Shown one piece after another: positions 6,797-18,433 of a stretch of 31,933 nucleotides of DNA. The stretch spans positions 1-31,933 of IMG/VR virus record IMGVR_UViG_3300028591_000112. The stretch is one strand, 5' to 3'. A program made the position numbers and the translations under genes. How positions within the stretch are numbered: position 1 is the stretch's first letter; each line of letters begins with the position of its first letter. The DNA comes from a virus. Its lineage: Duplodnaviria; Heunggongvirae; Uroviricota; Caudoviricetes. The notes beneath the pieces are model-generated. The model saw only the letters and a list, made by a program, of their open reading frames with translations. It made no database searches and was not told the DNA's origin.

Positions 6797-7051
6797 TTAT
6801 TCTTCTATATCTCTCCACTCATAATTTTTACAATATTCTTCTTCATAAGTATCATATGTTGTTGTTATACTAAATATTCTTTCTCTAGTAACAACTCTTT
6901 TACCATATTCAACACAAACAAATTCTTGACCTTTATGAGCATCTTCCGCAGTTTTTATCCCACTCAATAAATAAAAACAAAATAAAATTGCTAAACAAAT
7001 TTCAATAATTATTAAAAACATTCCAATAATAAAATCTTTATTACTTGTCAT
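6797..7051 (-). CDS. Membrane-anchored hypothetical protein, 84 aa
   Basis: N-terminal TM segment; last gene of the leftward operon. Confidence 0.75.
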   Translation of the reverse strand: MTSNKDFIIGMFLIIIEICLAILFCFYLLSGIKTAEDAHKGQEFVCVEYGKRVVTRERIFSITTTYDTYEEEYCKNYEWRDIEE

Positions 7052-7277
7052 TTTTATTTGTTCCTTTCAATAGCGCCAACCAATAATTAACAACACTAAT
7101 GTCAATAACATCATCAATATTTTTATGTTTATCTATATAATCTTGCATTTCTGCGGCAACCCTATTTCTTCTATTAATTAATTTTTTATTTCTTTTTCTT
7201 AATTTTTTTAATTGCTTTATGAATAACCACATTTTATGCGCGCTTACTTTCACTCTTATTATATTATTACCTCTCAT
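7041..7277 (-). CDS. Hypothetical protein, about 78 aa
   Basis: ORF overlapping both neighbours; start uncertain. Confidence 0.65.
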   Translation of the reverse strand: MRGNNIIRVKVSAHKMWLFIKQLKKLRKRNKKLINRRNRVAAEMQDYIDKHKNIDDVIDISVVNYWLALLKGTNKNDK

Positions 7278-7656
7278 CTTTATCACTCATTTCATTTATC
7301 TTATCTATTATTGCATTTATTTTCATGGCATAAAGTATTCCCGCCTCAGATTTATCTATATCTTGCCAAAATTTATTTTTAACACAAAGTTCTTTATCAT
7401 CATTTTCATCTAATATTATTTTTTCAAGTGCGGGAGCCGCCGGTTCTAGAACCTCAACCACGTCATTTAAGCATTGATCGAGAACAAAATCAAGCCCAAG
7501 CGTACTAGTATATTCGCCATATTTGTTATATCTTTTATATATTCTATCCTTTTCATCTCATGTATAGATATAATCATCTACCCCATTTTTATATCTAATT
7601 TTTTTAGGCATTTCCGCATTAAATGCAGAATCTACAAGTAAAGTTATTATTTTCAT
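7267..7656 (-). CDS. Hypothetical protein, 129 aa under code 4
   Basis: ATG 7656 with GGAG RBS; one in-frame TGA (7558-7560) joins it to track ORF 7267-7461. Confidence 0.8.
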
Positions 7657-8057
7657 TTTTTATTTTCTCCTTTATTTAATACATTTATTATTTCATTGAT
7701 TTTATCAACAATTAAATCGGTATCAGTTTTACCTGTCCATACATCACATTTACTTAATACTAACTTTTCTATCTTCTTATTAAATAAAGAACTACTATAG
7801 TCACTTTGTGGTAATTCACAATTAGTGTTATATTCTTCTATTATTTCTACTTCATCATTTAATTTAATTGCATCTTGTAAAGGATAATCATCACTTACAT
7901 TTTTTAAACAATCTAATTCATTTTCTTCATCGGCATCATAATAAAAATCCCTATAACAACTTTCACTTATCCCTCACCACGTTATTCTAAATTTGGTTTT
8001 ATCTTTTATTTTCTTATCTCTAATTAAACCTAATAATTCATATATTGTTATTTTCAT
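7647..8057 (-). CDS. Hypothetical protein, about 136 aa under code 4; paralogue of 9606-9980
   Basis: MKITIYELLGLIRD...; internal TGG-TGA; motif YYDADEENELDCLKNVSDDYPL. Confidence 0.8.
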
Positions 8058-8254
8058 ATCTTATACTCCATTTCACTAATTGAAGTTAGTTCTGCTGATT
8101 TGGTACTATCTTTTATTTCCCAAGTTGAATATCCACCATCAGAAGCGTCATAAATAAATTCTGTACCATCTTCTAATAATAGAAAAATACCAAAACCATC
8201 TACTTTTATATCCTTAATTTTTTTTCCCACTAAATCATTAAATGTTTCTTCCAT
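8048..8254 (-). CDS. Hypothetical protein, 66-68 aa
   Basis: Ends TGA-AAA-TAA overlapping the next ATG. Confidence 0.75.
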
Positions 8255-8543
8255 CTATATCACTTCTTAATATACTTAATAATTCATCATAAATTCCAGG
8301 GTATTCAAAGAAACCTTGGTCATCAAATTCGATAATTCTTTCTTGTATAATGTTTATTACTTCTTTTATAATATTATTTAATCTTTCTATTTCTTTTTGT
8401 TGATGTTGTATTTTCCCTATAAAATGTGGTAAATCTAAACTTTCTATATTAATAAATGATGATAAATCATTTTGTTCCATATAAACTATATAATCATCTA
8501 TAATTCCATTTGTATAATCATTATATATTGGCTTTAATTTCAT
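8238..8543 (-). CDS. Hypothetical protein, 101 aa
   Basis: TAATG coupling and GGAG RBS; shares KEIERLNNII with 9079-9381. Confidence 0.8.
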   Translation of the reverse strand: MKLKPIYNDYTNGIIDDYIVYMEQNDLSSFINIESLDLPHFIGKIQHQQKEIERLNNIIKEVINIIQERIIEFDDQGFFEYPGIYDELLSILRSDIDGRNI

Positions 8544-9079
8544 TATTTATCTTCTCCTAAAATGTTTTTAATTTCCTTTTGCAATACTTTTGAAAGGTTA
8601 ATATTATGTTTTATTGCTTCCTCTTTTAAATACTTAGGCATTGTTATTATTGTATTGACACTTGTAGTATCTCCTTCTCTTAATTCATTAATCATACCCA
8701 AGATATATGCGTCCTCTAATATAGAATTATAATATGCTAAATCTTTATCTTTATCCTTTGAATTCATCCATTCTTCTAAACGATTATTTAAATAATTTTC
8801 TATTTTTTGCAATATTTCGATATCACTCATTACTTTATCTTCTCCTTTAAGTATGTTTAATAAATCCCCTAATTCTCTTATACTAATTGGTGCTTCGCCA
8901 AATCTGCAATTTTTAAAATCGGTATTATAACTTTCTAGATATTCTATTGCTTTATTTACTTTAGATTTATAATCTTCTTTTTCATTATACATTTCTTGTA
9001 TTAAAGTAACTAACTCTTTTAATTCAAGATTATAAGTACTATTTTTAAATATTTCAAATATTTCATTTACTTCTTCCAT
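8543..9079 (-). CDS. Hypothetical protein, 178 aa; apparent two-gene fusion with a C-terminal ribbon-helix-helix (HicB/CcdA-like) segment
   Basis: Internal RBS and ATG at 8830; C-terminal NTIITMPKYLKEEAIKHNINLSKVLQKEI. Confidence 0.75.
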   Translation of the reverse strand: MEEVNEIFEIFKNSTYNLELKELVTLIQEMYNEKEDYKSKVNKAIEYLESYNTDFKNCRFGEAPISIRELGDLLNILKGEDKVMSDIEILQKIENYLNNRLEEWMNSKDKDKDLAYYNSILEDAYILGMINELREGDTTSVNTIITMPKYLKEEAIKHNINLSKVLQKEIKNILGEDK

Positions 9080-9381
9080 TATTTATCTTCTCCTTTTATC
9101 TCTCTAAGTATTAGAAAAAATTTTCTTGTTAATTTTGTAGTTGCTTCATCATAATATTTAAAAATTCCTTCATTACCATTACAATCAATATATAATTCAT
9201 TTTTCACCTCAATTATCCAATCAAAACTATCTAATTTATTTATGATATTATTTAATCTTTCTATTTCTTTATCTTTTTGTAAATTGTCTAATGATAATGC
9301 TTGAATTATTCTTGCTTGTCCTGTTGCTATTTCACCAATACTTTCTATATGGTCATCACTTACATAATCTCTCATATTCAT
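9079..9381 (-). CDS. Hypothetical protein, 100 aa
   Basis: ORF in a tightly coupled operon. Confidence 0.8.
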   Translation of the reverse strand: MNMRDYVSDDHIESIGEIATGQARIIQALSLDNLQKDKEIERLNNIINKLDSFDWIIEVKNELYIDCNGNEGIFKYYDEATTKLTRKFFLILREIKGEDK

Positions 9382-9385
9382 TTTT

Positions 9386-9604
9386 TTACTCGTCTTTCCA
9401 TTTTAAATATTTTATTATTTGATTAATTGCGGCAATAATTTGCTCATTTTCTACTTTTTTCCAACCTTTTACACAAACATATCCATTTTCATTAACGTAA
9501 GTATTCAATTGTTTTTCTTCAGGTAATAAATCAGGTAATTTTGGTTTATCTCCTTTTGTTAAACTTTTTATATAATTATTTATTGTTTCATCTATATCAA
9601 ACAT
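9386..9604 (-). CDS. Hypothetical protein, 72 aa (MFDIDETINNY...)
   Basis: ATG 9604 with GAGGAG RBS; track start at 9682 is probably too long. Confidence 0.75.
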   Translation of the reverse strand: MFDIDETINNYIKSLTKGDKPKLPDLLPEEKQLNTYVNENGYVCVKGWKKVENEQIIAAINQIIKYLKWKDE

Positions 9605-9605
9605 A

Positions 9606-9980
9606 TTAATTGTCAACTCCTCATGTAATTTTTGGATACTTTTGTTCATGTTGTGGCGGAAAGCTAGTAGTATGTATAACAATTCTTTGAGGTGGATTAT
9701 CTTTTATTTTTTCATATTCTTTTTCTATATCTAATAGTCTTTTATATTCTGCAATAGGAACTGCAATGCGGTCAGTGTTTATTTCAACCTCATCATCAAG
9801 GCGGAGACCCTCTCCTTTAATAGGTAAATTATCATCTACATTTTTTAAGCAACATAATTGGTCTTCTTCATTTTCATCATAATATATATCTTTTACTAAA
9901 TCGCCATAATACCATTTAAAATAAGTATTATTTTCTATTTCTCCTAAAGCAATTTTATTTCATAAATCTATCATCATCAT
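9606..9980 (-). CDS. Hypothetical protein, about 124 aa under code 4; paralogue of 7647-8057
   Basis: MMMIDLW(TGA)NKIALGE...; GGAGG RBS; motif YYDENEEDQLCCLKNVDDNLPI; two TGA codons. Confidence 0.75.
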
Positions 9981-10308
9981 GAGCTCTATTCGCCTCCACA
10001 TAAAACATTAATTCTTTTTGTTCTTTTTCTAAAAGCGGCAATATTTTTTTACGATTACACCATACTGAACGCCAACTAAAATAATCTTTAAATTCTAATT
10101 CAAATCTTTTATCATATCTATGTTTAAAAGTTATTGGAAGAAAATTATCTTCATCTAAATTTCCATAAATAATATATCTATGTCCTAAAAAATATTCTAT
10201 ACATTTAATACGGTAATAATCTTCTTTATCTAATGCCATAAAAGCGGCAATATATACTACATTTATTATTAATAAAATTATAATAATATAATATAAATAT
10301 TCTTTCAT
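9955..10308 (-). CDS. Membrane-anchored hypothetical protein, 117 aa
   Basis: N-terminal TM segment; GGAG RBS. Confidence 0.8.
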   Translation of the reverse strand: MKEYLYYIIIILLIINVVYIAAFMALDKEDYYRIKCIEYFLGHRYIIYGNLDEDNFLPITFKHRYDKRFELEFKDYFSWRSVWCNRKKILPLLEKEQKELMFYVEANRAHDDDRFMK

Positions 10309-10320
10309 TATTTATTCTCC

Positions 10321-10587
10321 TTATTCTTCATATCAAAATTCCTTTACACTAATTTTACCTCCATAGGTTCTATCACAAATTAGTTTTCCACTATCAACCC
10401 AACATTTATCAGCTACTCCTAAATTATTATCTCAATCTCTATAATAATAAATGCGGGATTCAGCTCGAAGAATGTAAAAGCTAGCTATCGCCGCAATAAT
10501 ACCTAGTACGATAACAAATTTCAACCACGGTCTTTTATGATTAAGTAATGCTATATCTAAAATAATTTTATATACTGTAGTTTTCAT
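10321..10587 (-). CDS. Membrane-anchored hypothetical protein, 88 aa under code 4
   Basis: Manually translated MKTTVYKIILD...; two in-frame TGA; fills the gap between neighbours. Confidence 0.75.
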
Positions 10588-10720
10588 TATTGAACTCTTC
10601 CTCTTGTTCCCATTCTTCTATACGTTCATCGCTTAAGCGAGCTGCGGCCAATAAGAATAATATTAACACAAAGAAAATAACTCCACAAATAGCTCCCAAT
10701 AAAAATATTCCCCAATTCAT
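10568..10720 (-). CDS. Small single-TM protein, 50 aa
   Basis: ATG 10720 with AAAGGAAG RBS; hydrophobic N-terminus and acidic tail. Confidence 0.75.
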   Translation of the reverse strand: MNWGIFLLGAICGVIFFVLILFLLAAARLSDERIEEWEQEEEFNNENYSI

Positions 10721-10744
10721 ATATTTTCTTCCTTTCTTTATATA

Positions 10745-10811
10745 TATTATATTAAAAATATTAATAAAAATCAATTTTGTCGTTGATAAACTGAAAATTT
10801 TCGATTATAAT
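10745..10811. promoter_or_regulatory. Divergent sigmaA-type promoters
   Basis: Rightward TTGATA(10783-10788)-N17-TATAAT(10806-10811); leftward TTGATT(10775-10770)-N17-TAATAT. Confidence 0.7.
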
Positions 10812-10857
10812 ATCATTAAGAGAGGACAAAAATGTTTAACTAGAAAGGAGAGTAACA

Positions 10858-11937
10858 ATGGATATTAAAAAATTAGATTATTCTATTAAAGATGCGGAAA
10901 CCCGCAAACAAATAGTAGAAGAAATTATTACACAAATTCCGCCTAATCAATTAACAGAAAAATATATAGAAATTTTATCTAATTATATTGTATTAGCTAT
11001 GGATAAAGAAGAAAAAAAGAAAAAAGAAATTATTACTGACAATAGATTAATCACAATTAATAAAAGAGAAACTTCTTATCAAGGATTGGCTATGAAATTT
11101 GAAAATGGCGAAGATGGAATTTATAATATTGCAATAGATAATGATAAAAATGTCCTATTAACACCTAAAGTATCCATTACTCCTAAAGATGTTGCGGAAA
11201 TGCCCGCGCTTAGTGATTTAAAATGCGCTATAGATACTGTTAAACAACAAGAAAAAAATGCTAAAGGTAAAAATAAATATAAATTAAAAAAACAATTAAT
11301 AGAAATGTATCAAGAACAATATACAATTAAAAATGATATAAGACAACCAATGGCATTTTCTAATACAATAAAATCATTTGCAAGAGCGGATTTTAATGAA
11401 GAAATTATAATTAATGAAAATGGTCTACCTGAAAGTAAAGGATTATGTTCGTTATTTAATCCTAAACATATTTCAGTGCTATTGTGTAATTACTCAATGT
11501 TAAAACAAGAGAGTTGAGATAAGTTTGATGGAGATTGTTATTATTTAATGTTAGATTTAGAAAATATTGTTGATGGAGCATTAAAAGATAAATATCCGCT
11601 ATACTATGATTTATTAATTTATAAAATAGATGGTAGAAGTAATGCGGAAATTCAGTTTCTATTAGAATTAAAATATGGAATTAAACATTCTATTGAGTAT
11701 ATTTCTGCATTATGAAGAAATAAAATTCCTAAATTAATTGCGGAATATGAAACAAAAGAATATTTAAATTGATATTATACTTATAAAGAAAAAGGAAAAT
11801 GGAAAAAATGTTCACGTTGCGGAGAAATAAAATTAGCTCATAATTTATATTTTTCAAAAAATAAAACTTCTAAAGATGGTTGATATTCTATTTGTAAAGA
11901 ATGTCGAAATAAAAAATCTAAAGGAGATGAGAAATAA
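10858..11937 (+). CDS. 359-aa protein (code 4) with HTH-like region and C-terminal CxxC...CxxC zinc finger; possible late regulator
   Basis: Four in-frame TGA (11515, 11713, 11770, 11881); CSRC...CKEC; TAATG coupling to the next gene. Confidence 0.85.
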
Positions 11938-13157
11938 TGGCAACAGCTACAAGAGAAAAATATTATTGTCAAAAATGCGGCAAATGGATGGGAGAAGACC
12001 AATTTTTTACTTACCCAGATGGTTCTAAAACTGAATTATGTAAAGAATGTTTGACAATGCATATTGATAATTTTGATGAGTCAACTTATGTATGATTAAT
12101 TCAAAAAATGAATATACCTTTTATTCCTCAAGAATGAAATAAATTAAGAGATAGAATTTATGAGCAAAATCCAGAAAAATTGACAAATAAATCTGTTTTT
12201 GGTAGATACTTATCAAAAATGAAATTAAATCAATGAAAAGATCCTGAAACGGGTCGAAGATATACTTGAGAAGATACTGAATGATTACAAGAGAAATATA
12301 ATAAATTAGAAGAAGAACATAAAAAAGAGGCGGAAGAAAGAGAAGCTAAAGCAAAAGAACAATTTGAAAAAGGGGAAATTTCTGAAGCTGAATTTAAAAC
12401 AATGCTTAGCGCAACTACTCAACATGCGGCGGAGCCAGTTGAGCCAATGGGGCAAAAAGGTGGAGCTCCTACTCAAAATGGGCTAGATGAATCTCAATTT
12501 ATGAGTGAGGATGAACTAATTAATACTGCCGCAGATTTAACTCAAGAAGATAAAATCTATTTAGCCATGAAATGAGGTAGATTATATAAACCAAGTGAAT
12601 GGGTTGAATTAGAAAAAATATATAATGATATGACTGAGTCTTTTGATATACAAGACGCGGATACAATTAATACATTAATTTTAATTTGTAAAACTAATTT
12701 AAAAATGAATCAAGCTCTTGATATTGGAGATTTAGATGGATACCAAAAATTATCTAGGGTTTCAGATGGATTACGTAAATCCGCAAAATTTACTGCAGCT
12801 CAAAATAAAGAAGATAAAAATGATTTTGTTGATTCTGTTGGTGAACTAGTTACTATTTGTGAAAAAGATGGTTATATTCCTAGATATGCTACTGATATTC
12901 CTCAAGATAAAGTAGATTTAACTTTAAAAGATATGACGGATTATTTAAATAAATTAGTTACTCAAGATTTGGGTTTTGGTCAACAAATTGAAGATGCTTT
13001 AAAGAAAATTCAAATACAAAAAGAAATGAATGAAAATGAATCAATTGTTGCTAACGCAGATGAACTAGAAAATGAAGATTATGAAGCATTTATTGAAGAA
13101 ATGGAAAACCAAAAAAATCAAGATTTAGAAATGTATAATGAGGAGAGTGATTCATAA
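11937..13157 (+). CDS. 406-aa protein (code 4) with N-terminal Zn ribbon; putative terminase small subunit
   Basis: CQKC...CKEC; several TGA-Trp; in frame with track ORF 12630-13157; TAATG-coupled to TerL; function inferred from position. Confidence 0.7.
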
Positions 13158-14917
13158 TGGCATTGGCGGATATTATGAATCTCTCTAAAAATAAAACACT
13201 TTCTTTAAAAAAGGTTGGTATTTCAGAAGAGAGAATTCAAGCACAGAAAGAAACTATAAGACAGTATATTGCCTTTTGAAGAGAATATCCTGATATTTTT
13301 GTTGAGTTCTTATGCGGAAGTAATCCAGAGAATTTTCATTTATTTTTTTATCAAAGGGTATTTTTAAGAGCTGTTATGCGTCATAGATATGCATATGCTA
13401 CGTTTCCTCGTGCTTATTCTAAATCATTTTTATCTGTTTTAGTTTTAATGTTAAGATGTATTCTTTATCCAGGTTCACATTTGTTCGTTACAACAGGCGG
13501 AAAAGAACAAGCTGCGGGAATTGCTAGAGAAAAAGCGGAAGAACTATGTAAATTAATACCTGGATTAAAAAATGAAATAGATTGAACAAGAGGTCAAACT
13601 AAAGCTAGTAAAAATATGGTTGAGTATAAATTTAAAAATGGTAGTAGGTTAGATATTATTGCTGCACAACAAAGTTCACGTGGTAAACGTGCTACTGGTG
13701 GATTAATGGAAGAGTGTATTTTAATTGACCAAACTTTATTAAATGAAGTTATTATTCCTACAATGAACGTAGATAGACGTTTGGCGGATGGTAGTAGAAT
13801 TGAAGATGAGACTGTAAATAAATCTCAAATATATGTTACTACCGCAGGATGGAAGAATAGTTTTGCATATAGTAAGCTAATTCAACTATTAATACAACAA
13901 ATTATAGAGCCTTCTGAGTCTATTGTTCTTGGCGGAACTTGAAGAGTTCCTGTTATGGAAAAATTATTAAAAAAGAGTTTCATAGAAGAATTAAAATTAG
14001 ATGGAACATATAATGATAGTTCATTTGCTAGAGAATATGAATCAGAGTGAAGCGGCGATGCAGAAAATGCATTTTTCTCTGCAGAAAGAATTGATAAACA
14101 TAGAATATTATTACAACCTGAATATGAATTTAGCGGAAGAAGTAGCAAATCTGCTTATTATATACTAGGAGTTGACGTAGGTCGTTTAAAATGTACTACT
14201 GAAATTTGCGTATTTAAAGTAACTCCGCAAGTTCAAGGTTCTGCCCTTAAAACTTTAGTTAATTTATTTAGTTATGAAGCAGAAGATTTTGAGCAACAGG
14301 CAATTAAAATTAAACAATTATTTTATAAATTTAAATGTCGTTGTGCGGTAATCGATGCCAATGGTTTAGGTATTGGTTTAGTTGATTTTATGACTAAAAC
14401 ACAAATAGATCCAGAAACAGGAGAAGAATTGCGTCCTTTTGGCGTTGAAGGTGGAACATCAGAAGATGTTGTTGAAACCTATAAAAAAATTAAGGGAGAC
14501 GGAGTTGAAAATGATGCTATGTATTTAATGAAAGCTAATTTACCAATTAATACAGAAGCTCATAGTTATGTTCAAACTCAATTATTTAGTGGTAAAATAA
14601 AATTTTTAATTGATGAAAGTCAAGCAAAAGTAAAACTAATGGCTACTAAACGCGGACAACAAATGAATAGTACAGAAAGAGGAGAATATTTAATGCCTTT
14701 TACTTTAACTACTATTTTAAGAGAACAATTATTAAATTTAGTAGAAGAAAATGAAGGTTCAAATATTATTTTAAAACAGGCTAATAGAGCAATTCCTAAA
14801 GATAAATTTTCAGCATTTGAATATGGATTATACTATATTAAACAGGAAGAAGATAGAAAAAAGAAAAGAAAGAAGAGAAGTATTGGAGACATGATTTTCT
14901 TCACAAATTCAAAATAA
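13157..14917 (+). CDS. terL: Terminase large subunit, 586 aa (code 4)
   Basis: Walker A-like FPRAYSKS, RGKRA, Walker B-like GLMEE, coupling motif YVTTAG, RNase H-like YILGVDVG and KDKFSA; four TGA join three track ORFs in frame. Confidence 0.92.
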
Positions 14918-14999
14918 AACATGGACAAAATTCAATTATTTATTTAAACAAATTTTTAAAGAATAATAGAAATGAATCCATCTAGATGGAGGTAATAAG

Positions 15000-15368
15000 A
15001 TGCGTGCAAGTCGAGGAGAAATTAAAATAGAAGATATTCTTAGAACTGCGGGACTAAATTTTCAAGAAGAGTATTCTTTTCCTGATTTATTTAGTTCAAA
15101 TGGCCGACCTTTAAGATTTGATTTCGCTATATTTGATGATGATAATAATTTGATGTTTTTAATAGAATATCAAGGAGTTCAACATTATATAGCAAAGAGC
15201 AAATTTGGCGGCAATAGTGGATTAAAGAAACAACAATATAATGATTTACTTAAACGAGAGTACTGCCGCAAGCATAATATAATTTTAATTGCAATTCCAT
15301 ATACTGATGAAGCAAAGGTTAATTATGATTATATTATGAATTCTTATTACGCTCTTGGTGGATTTTAG
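15000..15368 (+). CDS. PD-(D/E)XK-type endonuclease-like protein, 122 aa
   Basis: SRGE...LRFDFAI...LIEYQGVQHY...D-x-x-K pattern. Confidence 0.8.
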   Translation: MRASRGEIKIEDILRTAGLNFQEEYSFPDLFSSNGRPLRFDFAIFDDDNNLMFLIEYQGVQHYIAKSKFGGNSGLKKQQYNDLLKREYCRKHNIILIAIPYTDEAKVNYDYIMNSYYALGGF

Positions 15369-15378
15369 GTAAAGGAAG

Positions 15379-16986
15379 GTGTCGAAATTGATAACTAATA
15401 GATTAAAAGAAATAAAACAAAAAGGTTTTAAGATGACTCAAGAAGACACCGTCGAACCTTTCTCACCAGAATTTAACCCTATTGATTTTTCTAAAATCAG
15501 AGTTGGAGTTAAAACATTAGATGATGCGGTAATCAATTTAGGAACTTATAAAAAAATTGACCCAAGATTAGGTGATAAGGAAGTAATTATTAGAGCTATT
15601 GCTCAAAATGATTTAGAAACTATGAGAGATATATCTAATTTCTTTTATAGAACAAGTGGTATTTATAATAGATTATGTAGATATTTAGCATATATGTATC
15701 GTTATGACTGGATGGTTACTCCTTATATTAATGATGAGCAACAAAAAGTTAAAGATAAAGCATTAACTAACTTTCATAGAGTTTTAAATTATTTAGACAA
15801 TTTTGGGGCAAAAAGATTTTTTGGAGAAGTAGCTTTAAAAGTTATTAGACATGGTTGTTATTATGGTTATTTAATTGAAAATGGGGATAAAATTCAAGTA
15901 CAAGATTTACCAATTAAGTATTGCCGCTCACGTTTTTCAGTAAATGGAAAACCTGCAGTAGAATTTAATATGAGATATTTTGATGATGCGTTTAAAGATG
16001 CTAATCAAAAAATGAGAGTATTAAATTTATTTCCTAAAGAATTTAAAAAAGGATATATTTTATTCAAAGAAGGAAAATTAATTCCAGATTTTCAAGGAGA
16101 TACTCAAGGTTGATATTTATTAGATATTAATAGTACTGTTAAATTCAATATTAATGGAGAAGATTTCCCAAATCTTATTTCTGTTATTCCAGCTATTGTT
16201 GATTTGGACGCAGCGCAAGATTTAGATAGAAAGAAAATGGCTCAAAAATTATTAAAAATAATAATTCAAAAAATGCCATTAGATAAAAATGGAGATTTAG
16301 TATTTGACGTTGATGAAGCTCAACAACTTCATAATAATGCAGTTAAAATGTTAAGTAAAGCAATAGGAATAGATGTATTAACAACATTTGCAGATGTAGA
16401 TGTTGCGGATATGGCTGATAGAAATACCACAACTACTGTTGATGACTTGGCAAAAGTAGAAAGAACTGTATTCAATGAGTCAGGTGTTTCTCAAATGCAA
16501 TTTAATACAGATGGAAACATTGCTCTTGAAAAATCTATATTGAATGATGAAGCTTCTATTTATAATTTAATTCTTCAATTTGAAGCTTTTTTAAATACTA
16601 TTATAGGTAGATTTAATTCTGCTCCTAAAAAAGTATATTATAGAGTTCAAATGTTAACTACAACTATTTATAATTATCAATCATTATCTAAATTATATAA
16701 AGAACAAATGCAAGTTGGATTTAGTAAATTACTTCCGCAAATTGCGCTTGGTCAATCTCAAAGTTCAATTCTTGCAAATGCATACTTTGAAAATGATATA
16801 TTAGATTTAGTTAATGTATTTATTCCACCAATGATGTCAAGTACAATGAACTCTGATGTATTAAATAGAGTAAATCAACAAAATAAACAAAACAGTGAAA
16901 CTGGTGAAGCTGGTAGACCTACTAATGAGTCACAAGGAAAAGAAGTTACTGAAAAGACAATTCAAAATAAAGAGTCTCAAAGTTAG
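15379..16986 (+). CDS. Portal protein, 535 aa (code 4)
   Basis: Position after TerL, size, and GRP motif near the C-terminus; one TGA (16111) joins two in-frame ORFs. Confidence 0.85.
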
Positions 16987-17045
16987 GACATTTTTTAATA
17001 ATTATATTAATATAATTTTAAAAATAATTAATAGGAGGAATTACT

Positions 17046-18413
17046 ATGATGCATCAATCAATTGCAACAATTGCTTCCCCTGAATTTATAAATTTACAAC
17101 CTTTAGATATTAATCCATTAATGTCTAAATGTGAAATTAAAGTTTTATATTTAGGAGAAAATAGAAATCACAGTTATATAACTGAAGATGTTGCTAGAGA
17201 CATGGCAAAAACATTAAGAGGAGCTCCTATTGTTGGATATTACAAAGAAGAAAATGAAGATTTCGCTGACCATGGAGAACAAGTAATTTTTGATGATGAA
17301 GGTATCAAATTTAACTGTTTAACAAAACCTTATGGATTTGTTGCTCCAGATGCTCAAGTATGATTCCAAGAGTTTGAAGATACTGATGAATTTGGAAATA
17401 AAATTACTAGAAAATATTTAATGACTACTGGATATTTATGGACAGGTCAATACGAAGAAGCAAAAAGAGTTATTGAAAAAGGAAATAATCAATCTATGGA
17501 ATTAGATGAAGAAAGTTTACAAGGACATTGGTCAACTGATAATAAAACTGGTATGGATTTTTTCATAATAAATGATGCAATATTTTCTAAATTGTGTATC
17601 TTAGGAGAAGATGTTGAACCTTGCTTTGAAGGTGCAAGAGTTACAGCTCCTCAAATAAGTAATTCATTCAGTAAAGTGGATGAAGGTTTCAAACAAACAT
17701 TATTTACTATGATGCAAGATTTAAAATTTGCATTAGAAGGAGGAAAAAACATGGAATTAGAAGAAAAAACTAATGAAGTTGTTGAAGAAGTTGCGGCAAT
17801 AGAAGAAGAAACTCCTGTAGCTGAAGAAGAAGCAGTAGTTGAAGAACCTGTTGTTGAAGCTGAAGAAGTAGCAACTGAAGAAGAACCTTCTATTGAAGCT
17901 GAATTTACAGCTGAAGAAGATGGAGAAGAAACTCCTTCTGAAGAAATAGAAGAAAATGTTACTGCTGAAGACGCAGAAGAAGAAGTTGAACCTGAAGTTG
18001 AAGAAACTGAAGAAGAGGCTTCTGAAGAAGAAGTTTCATTAGAAGAATATCAAGCATTAAAAAGTTCTTATGCTGATTTAGAATCTAAATATAATGAATT
18101 ATTAGAATTTAAAAATGCAGTTGAATTAAAAGAAAAAAGTGCTTTAATTGATAGTTTCTATATGTTATCTGAAGAAGATAAAAAAGAAGTAAGAGAAAAT
18201 ATCAATTCTTATTCTAAAGATGAAATTGAAGCAAAATTATCTGTAATTTGTGTTAGAAATAAGGTAAATTTTGAACAAGACAATTCAGATAAAAATGATA
18301 TAAATGTAGAAGAAGAAAATTCTGCAATAACTACTTTCAATTTAAATAATAATGAAGAAAGTATTCCTGCATGGATTTCTGCTTGCATAAATACTCAAAA
18401 TAGCAAAAAGTAA
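17046..18413 (+). CDS. Prohead protease/scaffold, 455 aa (code 4), with probable internal scaffold start at 17751
   Basis: N-terminal domain with GYLW, QSMEL and LCILGEDVEPCFEGA; Glu-rich C-terminus; TGA at 17361; GGAGG-ATG at 17751 in frame. Confidence 0.85.
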
Positions 18414-18433
18414 AATAGAGGAGGAAAAAAGCT

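Noticed and set aside
816..10868. Plus-strand track ORFs 816-1079, 5466-5678, 7219-7413, 10590-10868
   Set aside because: They are antisense shadows of minus-strand genes that have promoters and RBSs.
13157..14917. Intron or intein in TerL
   Set aside because: The code-4 frame is continuous and of normal length.
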